Positions 42,254 to 52,532 of a stretch of 64,000 nt of DNA are shown one piece after another. Under the pieces are notes generated by a model. It was not told the DNA's origin and made no database searches. It saw only the letters and a list, made by a program, of their open reading frames with translations. The stretch spans positions 13,743-77,742 of the forward strand of contig CAYYHM010000002.1 in NCBI GenBank assembly GCA_964471795.1, given 5' to 3'. The stretch's first letter is position 1, and each line of letters opens with the position of its first letter. The stretch comes from an uncultured Chitinophagales bacterium. Lineage in GTDB: Bacteria > Bacteroidota > Bacteroidia > Chitinophagales > S012-47. Position numbers and translations under genes: made by a program.

Positions 42254-43078
42254 ATGAGCATCTACAAAAAAATTCCGAATACCCTTACGCTAGGCAATCT
42301 GTTGCTTGGCTGTATGGCCATCGTTTACCTGTTCTACGACCATATCACCATACGGGCTGTAGCCCTCAGTGGCTTTGAGGAATCGGGTGTTTTTGACGGG
42401 CAGGCTGTAGATATGCACTTCCGCTTCGGCAAGATGCATATTGCTGCTTTTTTGATTATCCTGGCGGCATTCACCGACTTTCTGGATGGATGGGCCGCAC
42501 GGATGTTCAACGCTGCCAGTGAGCTGGGCAAGCAGCTGGACTCACTGGCCGATCTGGTAACCTTTGGTGTAGCGCCGGGCCTTATCCTCTATTACCTGAC
42601 GGCCATCTCATTCTTCGGGTCAACCGCAGCTTATGAGGCAGGCATGTGGCTGTTTGTGCCTGCATTTGCCTACACGCTGGCTGCTGCCTACCGACTGGCC
42701 AGGTTCAACACAGCAAGTACAACCACGCATTTCGAAGGCCTGCCAACACCGGCAGCAGCAATTTTTGTCGCCGGTTTGGCACTGGTGGTATATGGCAACG
42801 AAGCCAATGCACAGGCTTACCTCGGAAACAGCTGGGTGTGGTATGGCATCATCGCTGCCTTAAGCTGGCTGATGGTGAGCAAGCTGCCCTTGTTGTCGCT
42901 CAAGTTTGCCAAATCCGATGCCGCCGGCAACCGAAAACGGCTCGTATTACTCGGTTCTGCCATTCCGGTGCTATTGGTGGTACACCTTACTGCAGGGTTG
43001 GTTTTTGGCTTGATTCCTGCGCTCATCATCTGGTATATCGTCGTATCTTTGACCTTTCACCTGACAACCCGCTCATGA
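42254..43078 (+). CDS. pssA: CDP-alcohol phosphatidyltransferase (probable phosphatidylserine synthase)
   Basis: Motif DFLDGWAAR....ELGKQLDSLAD (D-x2-DG-x2-AR...G-x3-D-x3-D) in a multi-TM protein. Start chosen at MSIYKKIPNTLTLGN. Confidence 0.75.
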   Translation: MSIYKKIPNTLTLGNLLLGCMAIVYLFYDHITIRAVALSGFEESGVFDGQAVDMHFRFGKMHIAAFLIILAAFTDFLDGWAARMFNAASELGKQLDSLADLVTFGVAPGLILYYLTAISFFGSTAAYEAGMWLFVPAFAYTLAAAYRLARFNTASTTTHFEGLPTPAAAIFVAGLALVVYGNEANAQAYLGNSWVWYGIIAALSWLMVSKLPLLSLKFAKSDAAGNRKRLVLLGSAIPVLLVVHLTAGLVFGLIPALIIWYIVVSLTFHLTTRS

Positions 43079-43326
43079 TCTTTACCGCAGAGATAACCGT
43101 GATGCCCCTCAAGGAACTTCTGGATCCACAGGGAAAAGCTGTCCTAACCGGCTTCCATCAGCTGCAGCTGGATAACATCAAGGACGCCCGTGTCGGCAAA
43201 CACATCACCCTGCAGATTGAAGCTGCCTCACCGGCCGATGCAGAAGCTGCCGTGGAAACGGCCTGCTCCCGGCTGTTGGCCAATCCGGTAATGGAATACT
43301 ACACGTACCGGATTACCCAGCACTGA
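43075..43326 (+). CDS. purS: Phosphoribosylformylglycinamidine synthase subunit PurS
   Basis: 83 aa, MIFTAEITVMPLKELLDPQGKAV...LANPVMEYYTYRI is typical PurS. Its ATG overlaps the pssA stop (ATGA). It is hidden in the track inside a 226-aa ORF (42646-43326). Confidence 0.85.
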   Translation: MIFTAEITVMPLKELLDPQGKAVLTGFHQLQLDNIKDARVGKHITLQIEAASPADAEAAVETACSRLLANPVMEYYTYRITQH

Positions 43327-43373
43327 GTCACCTTCCCATCTTTCTGTATTTTCATGCGCACAACCACACTCGC

Positions 43374-44660
43374 ATGAAATACCTCCTCCTGTTATCAGCA
43401 TTTGTTAGCTCTTTCGTCTCGTATTCCCAAGACATCGACGCAGCACGACGCGTAATTGATACCCTTTGCTCTCCGGCATACCACGGCAGGGGATATGTGT
43501 CCGATGGTCATAAGAAGGCGGCAGCCTTTATCGCCGGCGCCTTTGCTGATGCCGGCTTGGCACCTGTAAGGCTATCCTACCTGCAGCCTTTCCGAGTTTC
43601 GGTAAACACGTTTCCGGGTAACATGTCCCTGAGTGTAGAAGGCCGATTGCTAGCTGCCGGCAGCGATTTTCTGCCCGTGCCTTGTTCTCCTTCCTATTAC
43701 GGCAGCGCTCCTGTAATTACTGTGGATACTAACGTGCTGTGGAATCAGCAAAAGTGGGCCCGATTCATCACCCACAAACAGCAAACGGGCAAATGGCTGG
43801 TAATTGATGAAACCACCATCAGCCTCCACAATGAGGCTCGTAAAGAGTATTACGAACTCGCCAAGGCGATGGTGCAATACAGCAAGGAGCCTACTATTGC
43901 CGGCATTGTGCTGTTACAAGATCGGTTAACATGGCACATAGCGCAGGAAAGCTGCCTCGCTCCCATATTATACGTAAAGAAGAGCAGCTGGCCAGCTGAT
44001 GCCAGCTCGATGGATCTTGCTCTGGATGCCAGATTTATACCTTCCCTGCTGACGCAAAACGTTGTGGGCATGATAAAAGGTACTGAGCATCCGGATTCCT
44101 TTCTGGTATTTACGGGGCACTACGACCACCTGGGACGAATCGGCGAGGGTGCCTACATTCCCGGCGCCAACGACAATGCCAGTGGCATAGCCATGCTCAT
44201 AGAACTGGCGAAATACTACGCACAGCATCCGCCCCGCTACTCGGTGGTATTCATCGCCTTCGGCGGCGAGGAACTGGGGCTCGTAGGCTCCAGCCACTTT
44301 ACTGAGGAGCCGTGGATACCCCTTGCGCAAATCCGGTTCCTGGTGAACCTTGATATTGTAGGGACCGGAGATGAGGGTATCATGGTGGTGAATGGAAAGG
44401 TGTTTACGGAGGAGGCTGACCTGCTGGACACGATCAATCAAACCCACAACTACCTGCCCGTCATCAAGCGCCGACAGAAGGCTGCCAACAGCGATCATTA
44501 TTTCTTTACCGAGAAGGGTGTACCCTCCTTCTTTATCTACACCATGGGCGGTATTGATGCCTACCACGACATCTACGACAGACCGGAGACACTGCCTTTA
44601 ACCGAGTTTGGCGATCTGTACCGCCTGCTGATCGAATTTGCCGACAGCTTGTCCAGATAA
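43374..44660 (+). CDS. M28-family zinc aminopeptidase (secreted)
   Basis: Signal peptide plus M28 motifs TGHYDHLG, NDNASG and FGGEELGL.GS. Confidence 0.85.
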   Translation: MKYLLLLSAFVSSFVSYSQDIDAARRVIDTLCSPAYHGRGYVSDGHKKAAAFIAGAFADAGLAPVRLSYLQPFRVSVNTFPGNMSLSVEGRLLAAGSDFLPVPCSPSYYGSAPVITVDTNVLWNQQKWARFITHKQQTGKWLVIDETTISLHNEARKEYYELAKAMVQYSKEPTIAGIVLLQDRLTWHIAQESCLAPILYVKKSSWPADASSMDLALDARFIPSLLTQNVVGMIKGTEHPDSFLVFTGHYDHLGRIGEGAYIPGANDNASGIAMLIELAKYYAQHPPRYSVVFIAFGGEELGLVGSSHFTEEPWIPLAQIRFLVNLDIVGTGDEGIMVVNGKVFTEEADLLDTINQTHNYLPVIKRRQKAANSDHYFFTEKGVPSFFIYTMGGIDAYHDIYDRPETLPLTEFGDLYRLLIEFADSLSR

Positions 44661-46124
44661 TCAGGAAGCCACCGGAATTCGCTCCAGGGTAGTCAACAAC
44701 AACTGCCAGTATTTCTGCAGCGAGGATATCTGTGCCCGTTCGTCGGGGCTGTGTGCTCCCTTGATGTTGGGTCCGAAGCTGATCATCTGCATGTCGGGGT
44801 AGTTGGTGCCCAAGATGCCACATTCCAGTCCGGCATGGCAGGCCAGCACCTTTGGCTCAGCATCAAATAGCTCCTTGTAGGTATCGGCCATCAGCGACAC
44901 GATAGGCGCATCAGGCCTGGGTGTCCATCCGGGGTACGATCCTGCCGTTGTCACCTGTGCGCCTATTTGGGTAAATGTTGCCTGTATGGCTGCCGCCAGA
45001 TCCAACTTTTCCGTGTCCACAGCACTGCGGGTAAGGCAAAGCACAGCATAGCTGCCCCCTTTGGCTTCCACACGGGCCACATTATTGGATGTCTGCACCA
45101 AATCAGGGATGTCGGGACTCATCCGGTAGATACCGTTGGGGCAACTGTACACCGCATTCAACAGAGCCTGTGCTGTACTTAGAGGCAGCACAGCTGTCGG
45201 CGTTTCTGCGTCAGCTACCTCGATGGTAATTCCCGGATCGGTTGATTGGTATTCTGAGGTAAGTACCGGTATGAGTCGATTGATAACCGAACGGAATGCC
45301 TCAGCCTGCTGAGCAGGTACAGCCACCGTTGCCACCGACTCTCTGGGGATGGCGTTGCGCAGGCCACCGCCTTCTATACTGGCGATGCGCACATCTACCT
45401 CACGGGCTACCGTCCACAGCAGACGGTTCATCAGCTTGTTGGCATTGCCTCGTCCCCGATGAATGTCCATACCCGAATGCCCACCTGTAAGTCCCTTCAC
45501 CGTAATGCGCTGACCCACATATCCTGCAGGCAGTGACTCCTCCTGGTAGGAACCGGTGGCCGTTACGTCGATGCCCCCGGCACATCCTATGGTTAGCTCA
45601 TCATCATCTTCTGTATCCAGATTCAGCAGGATCTTTCCCTGCAGCATACCACCCTGCAAGGCGATGGCTCCTGTCATGCCTGTTTCTTCATCGATGGTAA
45701 AGAGGGCATCGATGGCAGGGTGCGGAATATCATCCGAAGCCAGTATGGTCATGATGGAGGCCACACCTAGTCCATTATCAGCCCCGAGGGTAGTACCACG
45801 AGCCTTCACCCAATCGCCATCCACATACATGTCGATACCTTGTGTGGCAAAATCGAAATCAGTGTCATTGTTTTTTTGATGCACCATATCCAGATGGCTC
45901 TGCATAACAATGGGCACCCTGTTTTCCATGCCCGGAGAGGCTGGCTTCCTGATGATGACATTACCGGCGGCATCAACCATGGTATCCAACCCAAGACTTT
46001 CGCCGAACTGCTTCATGAAGGCAATTACCTGCTGCTCCTTCTTGGAAGGACGCGGCACGGCATTCAGGTCGGCAAAATGATTCCACAATGCTTTTGGCTC
46101 AAGTTGGCGTATGGACTGGCTCAT
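44661..46124 (-). CDS. pepD: Aminoacyl-histidine dipeptidase (M20C, PepD-like)
   Basis: L.P..LW..F..L...PRPS.KE, QSHLDMV, TTLGADNG.G and IDEE.GM.GA. Start trimmed to MSQSIRQLEPK. Confidence 0.85.
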   Translation of the reverse strand: MSQSIRQLEPKALWNHFADLNAVPRPSKKEQQVIAFMKQFGESLGLDTMVDAAGNVIIRKPASPGMENRVPIVMQSHLDMVHQKNNDTDFDFATQGIDMYVDGDWVKARGTTLGADNGLGVASIMTILASDDIPHPAIDALFTIDEETGMTGAIALQGGMLQGKILLNLDTEDDDELTIGCAGGIDVTATGSYQEESLPAGYVGQRITVKGLTGGHSGMDIHRGRGNANKLMNRLLWTVAREVDVRIASIEGGGLRNAIPRESVATVAVPAQQAEAFRSVINRLIPVLTSEYQSTDPGITIEVADAETPTAVLPLSTAQALLNAVYSCPNGIYRMSPDIPDLVQTSNNVARVEAKGGSYAVLCLTRSAVDTEKLDLAAAIQATFTQIGAQVTTAGSYPGWTPRPDAPIVSLMADTYKELFDAEPKVLACHAGLECGILGTNYPDMQMISFGPNIKGAHSPDERAQISSLQKYWQLLLTTLERIPVAS

Positions 46125-46243
46125 GTTACTGTATTTTGAGACATAAAGGTACATAACCGGGCAGTAAGGGGTAGCCAAGCTTGCGCTCAACAGGCAGATT
46201 TCCCACCATCGACAATACGATTCCGGACATGTACCTTTGCCGT

Positions 46244-46912
46244 ATGGGCAAGCTCATCCTCATACCGACACCTATCGGCAACCTGCAAGACATCACCCTA
46301 CGTGCCATCGATACGTTGAAAGCGGTAGATGCCGTGCTGGCAGAAGATACGCGTGTCTCCGGAAGGCTGCTGCAACACCTGGGCATCCGGAAACCGATGA
46401 TTGCCTATCATCAGGTAAATGAACACCGCATTGCCGAGCAGCTGGCCGACAGGATGGCTGCCGGCGAAACCTTCGGTATGGTGACCGACGCCGGCACGCC
46501 GGGCATCTCAGACCCGGGATACCTCATCGTGCAGAAATGCCTGGAGCGGCAAGTAGCTGTAGAATGCCTGCCGGGACCTGTGGCCTTCATACCGGCGCTG
46601 GTAGTCTCCGGCCTACCTACAGACAAGTTCTGCTTCGAAGGATTTCTGCCCCACAAAAAAGGCCGGCAGACGCGTCTGAAGGCGTTGGCTGCAGAGGAAC
46701 GCACCATTATCCTGTACGAATCGCCTCACCGTCTGCTGAAAACCCTACAGGAAATGATTCCCCACTTTGGTGACCAAAGGCCTGTATCCGTGTCGCGCGA
46801 AATCAGTAAATTGTACGAGGAAACCATACGCGGCACACTAACGTCCGTGGTGGATCATTTCACACATCACCCCATCAAGGGTGAGTTTGTGATTGTCATA
46901 GGCGGGCGTTGA
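46244..46912 (+). CDS. rsmI: 16S rRNA (cytidine1402-2'-O)-methyltransferase
   Basis: LILIPTPIGNLQDITLRA, AEDTR, VTDAGTPGISDPG and YESPHR. Start trimmed to MGKLILIPTP. Confidence 0.9.
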   Translation: MGKLILIPTPIGNLQDITLRAIDTLKAVDAVLAEDTRVSGRLLQHLGIRKPMIAYHQVNEHRIAEQLADRMAAGETFGMVTDAGTPGISDPGYLIVQKCLERQVAVECLPGPVAFIPALVVSGLPTDKFCFEGFLPHKKGRQTRLKALAAEERTIILYESPHRLLKTLQEMIPHFGDQRPVSVSREISKLYEETIRGTLTSVVDHFTHHPIKGEFVIVIGGR

Positions 46913-46946
46913 GCGTGCCACCGGTTGCCGGCACAGCAAAACGGTC

Positions 46947-48530
46947 ATGCTCACCAAACTGATACTCTCCTGTGCGTTGCTGATACAGATTCCAGGTATC
47001 CAGGCGCAAACTGTGGCAGAAGCCATTGCCGAAAGAGTTACGTTGCTGGACAGTAAAAGTACCCGCATAGCCGGTGAACATATCAATGCCTACGCCCCCC
47101 TGATACGATATTATACAGCAACCGACCACCAGCCACTGTGGACAGATGCTATGCTGGACGAGCTACTGGAAGCTATCTCCTTTTCCGCTGCAGAGGGCTT
47201 GCTGCCTGCCGATTATCACCATCAGGCGATAGCACAGCTCCATGCAACACCGGAAGTTGATGCCGCCACCACAGCCGATCTGGACTTGCTGGCCAGTGAT
47301 GCCTTCGTGATGCTGCAGTTTCACCTGCTGAATGGACGGGTACATCCGATAGCTGTAGATCCCAACTGCCACCTGGAACACCAGGAAGGTGACTTGTTTG
47401 CGTGGTTGCCGCAATTGCGCAGCAACCAACAAGTTGCTGATGCCATCCAAGGTGCCCGACCGCACCATGTGCAGTACTACCGACTACTGCATGCCTACCT
47501 GAAGTTGTTCAGCAGGCAGGACGTACTACCTCCGTGGCCGGCAGGGAAAGAGGCGCTGCGGGTTGGTGATAGCAGTAGTTTAACTCCTGTGCTTCGGAAA
47601 ATTCTGTACCTGTCCGGCGACTTGACCGACACCGATACGACTACGGCATGGTACGACAGTACCCTCCTGGAGGGAGTGTTGCGGTTTCAGGAGCGGCATG
47701 GCCTGGAGGTGGATGGCATCGTGGGTAGAGCTACCGGTGCGGCATTGGCGAAGCCATTCGCCGACCAGATGCTTCAGCTGCAAGCCAACATGGAGCGCTG
47801 GCGCTGGCTGCCACAGCAGCTGCCGCAGGCTTACGGCATGGTGAACATTCCTGCATTCACGCTGGATATGGTGACGCCGGAAAGTACCGTAACCTTCAAG
47901 GTAATAGTAGGCCGAAAGGACAGGAAGACCCCAACCTTTGCTGCTCACTTCAGTTACCTCATCCTGAATCCAACATGGACAGTACCTCCTACCATTTTGC
48001 GGGAAGATGTACTACCGGCGGTCAGACGCAACCCGGGTTACCTGGCAGGAAAGCAGATTCAGGTGATAGCGCCGAATGGCCGTGTGCTGGACCCCTATGC
48101 CATCAACTGGTACGGCAGCAGTGTGTACACCTATCAATATGTGCAGGAACCCGGACCTGCCAACTCGCTGGGGCTCATTAAGTTCATGATGCCTAACCCC
48201 TACACGGTATACCTGCATGATACGCCGTCCAAGGAGTTATTCAACCAATCCAGCCGCCTGTTCAGCTCTGGGTGTATCCGTGTGAATCATCCGTTTCAGC
48301 TGGCTGACATATTGTTGCGGGATCAGCCGGCATGGACGGCCGACAGCATCGCTGCTGTGGTGGCCGGTGGAGCCACTACCATCGTACCACTTACCTGGCA
48401 GCCCGCGCTCTATGTGGTCTACTTTACTGCGTGGCAACAGGATGACGGCACCCTGTATTATTTCCCCGATGTGTATGAGTTGGATGCTGCCTTGATACAG
48501 TCACTACGACAACCCACCCGGTTTTGGTAG
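46947..48530 (+). CDS. L,D-transpeptidase family protein with peptidoglycan-binding domain (YcbB/LdtD-like)
   Basis: PG_binding_1 motif RFQERHGLEVDGIVG and YkuD catalytic motif YLHDTP...SSGCIRV. Confidence 0.88.
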   Translation: MLTKLILSCALLIQIPGIQAQTVAEAIAERVTLLDSKSTRIAGEHINAYAPLIRYYTATDHQPLWTDAMLDELLEAISFSAAEGLLPADYHHQAIAQLHATPEVDAATTADLDLLASDAFVMLQFHLLNGRVHPIAVDPNCHLEHQEGDLFAWLPQLRSNQQVADAIQGARPHHVQYYRLLHAYLKLFSRQDVLPPWPAGKEALRVGDSSSLTPVLRKILYLSGDLTDTDTTTAWYDSTLLEGVLRFQERHGLEVDGIVGRATGAALAKPFADQMLQLQANMERWRWLPQQLPQAYGMVNIPAFTLDMVTPESTVTFKVIVGRKDRKTPTFAAHFSYLILNPTWTVPPTILREDVLPAVRRNPGYLAGKQIQVIAPNGRVLDPYAINWYGSSVYTYQYVQEPGPANSLGLIKFMMPNPYTVYLHDTPSKELFNQSSRLFSSGCIRVNHPFQLADILLRDQPAWTADSIAAVVAGGATTIVPLTWQPALYVVYFTAWQQDDGTLYYFPDVYELDAALIQSLRQPTRFW

Positions 48531-48532
48531 GA

Positions 48533-49273
48533 TTAGCAGTTTTCCCACCATTCCTGCACCACTTGAGCAGAAGGTGTTTGCAGCCAGGCAGAGCTTTGCA
48601 GGTAGGTTCTATCCGGATAGTAGATAAAGAACAGTGAACCGGTTCCCAGCAGGTCAATCACTTCATTCGCTTCAGGCTGTGGAACAGCGGGACATCCGAA
48701 GCTCCTACCCAGCCGACCATGCTGCCTGATAAACGATTCACTTACATAGTCGGCTCCATGGATCACGATGGCACGCTGCCAGGCTTTGTCGTTGAACCCT
48801 CTGTCGAGACCCTCAAGCCGCAGTGACCGACCGTGCTTACCCTGGTATACCTCACCCGTTCTGTAGAATCCAAGGCTGCTTTGGTAGGACTCCGGTATGT
48901 TGGAAAATCGGCTCGCACTATTGTCGCCCGAATTACGTCCATGTGCCACATAGGTATGATGCATCACTTTCAGGTTGGCCATGTCAATGATCCACAGGCG
49001 CTTTTTTGTTGATGCCATCGAAAAGTCTGCCACCGCCATATACCGGGAGAAGTTATCTGTTCCCTGTTGGAGCAGCATGTTGAAATACCCGGTGGCTGCA
49101 TGAGAAAATGCCGACAGGGTGGGCCGGTCGTCTCCATCCATCATCTGATAGGCCATGGACAGCATGAAAGTGGGGCTTGCTGAAGCCGCCGATTCTGCAG
49201 GCTCTGAGGCGTGCAGTTGGTGTGGTGCGTTGCTCAGTAACAGTAACCCCAACAGCAGGAGAATGCGCGTCAT
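48533..49273 (-). CDS. Murein L,D-transpeptidase catalytic-domain family protein (YkuD_2-like)
   Basis: Signal peptide, VAHGRNSG, IVIHGADYV and GRSFGCPAV. Confidence 0.8.
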   Translation of the reverse strand: MTRILLLLGLLLLSNAPHQLHASEPAESAASASPTFMLSMAYQMMDGDDRPTLSAFSHAATGYFNMLLQQGTDNFSRYMAVADFSMASTKKRLWIIDMANLKVMHHTYVAHGRNSGDNSASRFSNIPESYQSSLGFYRTGEVYQGKHGRSLRLEGLDRGFNDKAWQRAIVIHGADYVSESFIRQHGRLGRSFGCPAVPQPEANEVIDLLGTGSLFFIYYPDRTYLQSSAWLQTPSAQVVQEWWENC

Positions 49274-49446
49274 AGAAGTGGTTTTTGGTGGTTTTTTGGT
49301 TGATTCCGGCTTGTTGCAAAGCCACTATTCCATACAAAACGATGGACTGAAAAGTTTCTTCTATAGCTTTTTCACAGGGATTTAACAACAGGCATCCTTC
49401 TCCTCCTGGTGGAAAGCGTAATTTCATTCTTTCTAACAATTCATGC

Positions 49447-51240
49447 ATGGCGCAACTAACCCGCGAAAAAGCCTATATCCTCACCGGAATCCTATTAGCG
49501 CTCTTTCTGGGGGCATTAGACCAAACCATCGTATCTACTGCATTGCCTAGGATTGTTGAAGACCTGCATGGCGTAGACCGGTATGCATGGGTAGCCACTG
49601 CATACATGGTAGCTTCTACCGCTCTGGTGCCCATATACGGCAAGCTGGCGGATATGATTAGCCGAAAGAAACTGGAAATCTTTGCTGTAATCACCTTTCT
49701 GATTGGCTCATTCCTGTGTGGGATTGCAGGCGAATGGGGTTCACTTCCTCTGATTGGTGATGGCATGAATCAGCTCATCCTGTTCCGGGCCATACAGGGA
49801 GTAGGAGGTGCCGGCTTGTTCTCCTTGGCATTCATCATCATCGCTGACCTGTTTCCACCTGCTGAAAGGGGCAAATACCAAGGTTTTGTAGGTGCTGTAT
49901 TCGGGCTCTCCAGCGTGCTGGGGCCTTACATTGGAGGCTTACTGACGGACCATGCCGGCGGATGGATACCCGGCGTTGCCGGTTGGCGGTGGGTGTTTTA
50001 TGTGAACGTACCCTTTGGCGCCATAGCGCTCTGGTTTCTGGTTACCAAGATGGGGCCCTTGATTCCGGAATCAGGTAACAAACGAGTGTCTGCCTTTGAT
50101 GCCTTGCTCCTCTTGCTGGGGTTAGTAACGTTAGTGATGGCGTTACAACTGGACAAGCGGATGTATGCCTGGACAAGCTACGAGGTGCTGGCACTCGGCT
50201 CGATAGCCATTATATCGCTGGCAGGGTTTACCTACCGCACCTACCGGTCCGACAATCCCCTGCTGGATCTGAACCTGCTCCGGATGCGGGTTTTTACCAC
50301 CTCTATCCTGGCCTTGTTCATTCTGGGCGCTTGTTTCTTCTCCATCCTCATATTCCTGCCCCTGTTCATGGTGAACGTGGTGGGCGTATCGGCCACTAAG
50401 GCCGGTGTGAGCCTGATCCCTTTATCGCTGGGTTTGGTGGCAGGGTCGGTGGTTTCCGGTCAACTGGTATCCCGCTTTGGTCATTACAGGTGGTGGATGC
50501 TTGGTGGCTCTGCCCTATTGTTTGTAGGAGTGGTATTGCTTACACAGATGACGCCGGATGTCAGCTTCGGCAAGGTAACCTTGTACATGGTGTTGTGTGG
50601 TGTTGGCTTGGGCCCTTCTACGCCGCTGTATACGCTCGCCATTCAGAACGCCGTGCCACGTAAGGACCTGGGACAAGCCACCAGTGCCAGCCAGTTTTTT
50701 CGGCAGATAGGTGCTTCGCTGGGCGGAGCCTTGCTGGGAGCGATGATGGGGGCAACACTGGGTGGCTATCTGGCCAGTCAACTGCCGGCAGGAGACGCAT
50801 CGATGTCCGCAGATATCATACCCGGCATCTCCGAAGAATCCATCATGCAGCGTGGTGGCTCAGATGTGGTAGCTACCACGCAGGCGGCGTATGACGAGTT
50901 GTTCGGCAAGGTGTCTGCCGCCATTAACAGTGCCGACCTGTCTGCGGAGCAAGCACTTGCCGACAATCCCTTGCTGCCGGCAGCGATACGGACATCACTG
51001 GCTTCCGGTGAATTTGCTGCCAATGACATCCCGCTGATCAAGTCGGCTTTACAAGAGGAAGCTGTTATCCGTGGGCAGGCATTACAGGGCATTATCCGTG
51101 ATGGCTTCTCACAGGCCATCACAGGGATATATCTGGTTACACTTGCGCTGGTAGGAGCCAGCATGGTGGTAACCCTCTTTGTGCCGGAGCTACCGCTGCG
51201 CCACACCAACGAACCTGCACCAATGGCAGATATGGGTTAA
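49447..51240 (+). CDS. MFS transporter, DHA2 (EmrB/QacA-like, 14-TM) with a ~120-aa soluble insertion before the last TM
   Basis: LGALDQTIVSTALP, GKLADMISRKK and a 14-TM profile. Confidence 0.85.
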   Translation: MAQLTREKAYILTGILLALFLGALDQTIVSTALPRIVEDLHGVDRYAWVATAYMVASTALVPIYGKLADMISRKKLEIFAVITFLIGSFLCGIAGEWGSLPLIGDGMNQLILFRAIQGVGGAGLFSLAFIIIADLFPPAERGKYQGFVGAVFGLSSVLGPYIGGLLTDHAGGWIPGVAGWRWVFYVNVPFGAIALWFLVTKMGPLIPESGNKRVSAFDALLLLLGLVTLVMALQLDKRMYAWTSYEVLALGSIAIISLAGFTYRTYRSDNPLLDLNLLRMRVFTTSILALFILGACFFSILIFLPLFMVNVVGVSATKAGVSLIPLSLGLVAGSVVSGQLVSRFGHYRWWMLGGSALLFVGVVLLTQMTPDVSFGKVTLYMVLCGVGLGPSTPLYTLAIQNAVPRKDLGQATSASQFFRQIGASLGGALLGAMMGATLGGYLASQLPAGDASMSADIIPGISEESIMQRGGSDVVATTQAAYDELFGKVSAAINSADLSAEQALADNPLLPAAIRTSLASGEFAANDIPLIKSALQEEAVIRGQALQGIIRDGFSQAITGIYLVTLALVGASMVVTLFVPELPLRHTNEPAPMADMG

Positions 51241-52532
51241 CGGATTCCTGTGAGCAGGTAGATGTCTGTTGCTGCCAGTTGTGCCTGCAGTTCTGCCTGC
51301 AGAAATCGATCCTGTGCCTGCAAGAGTTGCTGCTGGGCGATACGTAGCTCCAGGGATGAAATAGCGCCCATATCATAGCTGTCACTGGCTACCTGGAAGT
51401 TCTCTTCTGCTACTGCCACATTCCTCCTTTCCAGTGTTTTTTGTTCCACTGCCACCTGATATTGTCGGTAGGCGATGTACAGCTCCGTTTGCAACTGTGC
51501 CTTTATAAAGTCACCCTGCAGCTGCACCATGTCCTCCTGTAAGGCTGCAGCACGGATGCTGCGACGGATGTTGCCCCCTTGAAACAGAGGCATGGTGAGT
51601 GCTACCCCCAAACCCGGACCGTTGGTGCGGCTGGACAACAGGAACCCTGCCTCAGCAGCAGACCGGTTGAAGCGATAGTTGGCATTCAGGTTTACCTGTG
51701 GCAGCTGTGCCGCACGTGCCTCCTTCACCTGCAGCTGTGCCACCAGCAGCTGCTGCCGGGTCATCAACCATTCCGGATTATTGGCACGCTGTGCCGACTC
51801 CAGCTCCGCCAGAGGCTGCAGCACAGATTGCCCCATGCTATCAGTCAGTAGCCAAATGGCTCCCGGCTCGGCACCTATGGCCAGATTCAGCTGATAGGCC
51901 GTTTGCTGCCACTGCTGCCGAGCCTGCAATACACCACTCCAATCCGCATTGTAGTCTACCTCCGCCTGCAGCCAGTCCAGCTTGGACCCACTGCCCAGCT
52001 CAAACCGGTCACGTGCTGCCTGCATCCGCTGCTCGCTCAGCAACAGATTTTGCTGCAGCATCTCCTGACGAAGCTGTTGCTGCAGCAGCATGAAGTACAG
52101 CACCTCCACCTGCGCCATCACTTGTAGCATGGACGCCTGCAGGGCGGTCTTGCTCATCGCCTCCAACTCCCGCAACCTGTCGAGGGTGGCGAACATGGCC
52201 ATCCCGTCAAAAAGTGTCCACCCCAACAAGGCCTGTACCTCCGAGTTGTTGGAGTTGGCACCGGTGGTTACTACCTCGTTGCCGGTGATGAAACGCTGGT
52301 TGAATCCTTGCACCGACATATTGTGCCCCGCCTCAACACCTACTGAGGGAAGCATTCCTGCCGCACCCGGCGCTACCTGATTGGCAGCCATCTCTACCTG
52401 CGCCCTGGCTATACGCACCTGAAAGTTATGCTCCATAGCCAAATCCTGCGCTTGTTGTAACGATAAGGGCTCCTGCCCCCAAAGCAAAACCGGCATCCCG
52501 GCAACTATCCAAAGTAGCAGAATTCGTATCAT
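51237..52532 (-). CDS. TolC-family outer-membrane efflux protein
   Basis: Signal peptide and two repeats of the coiled-coil/beta TolC pattern. Last gene of the efflux operon. Confidence 0.85.
   Translation of the reverse strand: MIRILLLWIVAGMPVLLWGQEPLSLQQAQDLAMEHNFQVRIARAQVEMAANQVAPGAAGMLPSVGVEAGHNMSVQGFNQRFITGNEVVTTGANSNNSEVQALLGWTLFDGMAMFATLDRLRELEAMSKTALQASMLQVMAQVEVLYFMLLQQQLRQEMLQQNLLLSEQRMQAARDRFELGSGSKLDWLQAEVDYNADWSGVLQARQQWQQTAYQLNLAIGAEPGAIWLLTDSMGQSVLQPLAELESAQRANNPEWLMTRQQLLVAQLQVKEARAAQLPQVNLNANYRFNRSAAEAGFLLSSRTNGPGLGVALTMPLFQGGNIRRSIRAAALQEDMVQLQGDFIKAQLQTELYIAYRQYQVAVEQKTLERRNVAVAEENFQVASDSYDMGAISSLELRIAQQQLLQAQDRFLQAELQAQLAATDIYLLTGIR

Noticed and set aside
42646-43326. 226-aa ORF overlapping pssA
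   Set aside because: Only the last 83 codons (from the ATG at 43075) resemble a known protein, PurS. The upstream part overlaps the well-supported pssA frame.
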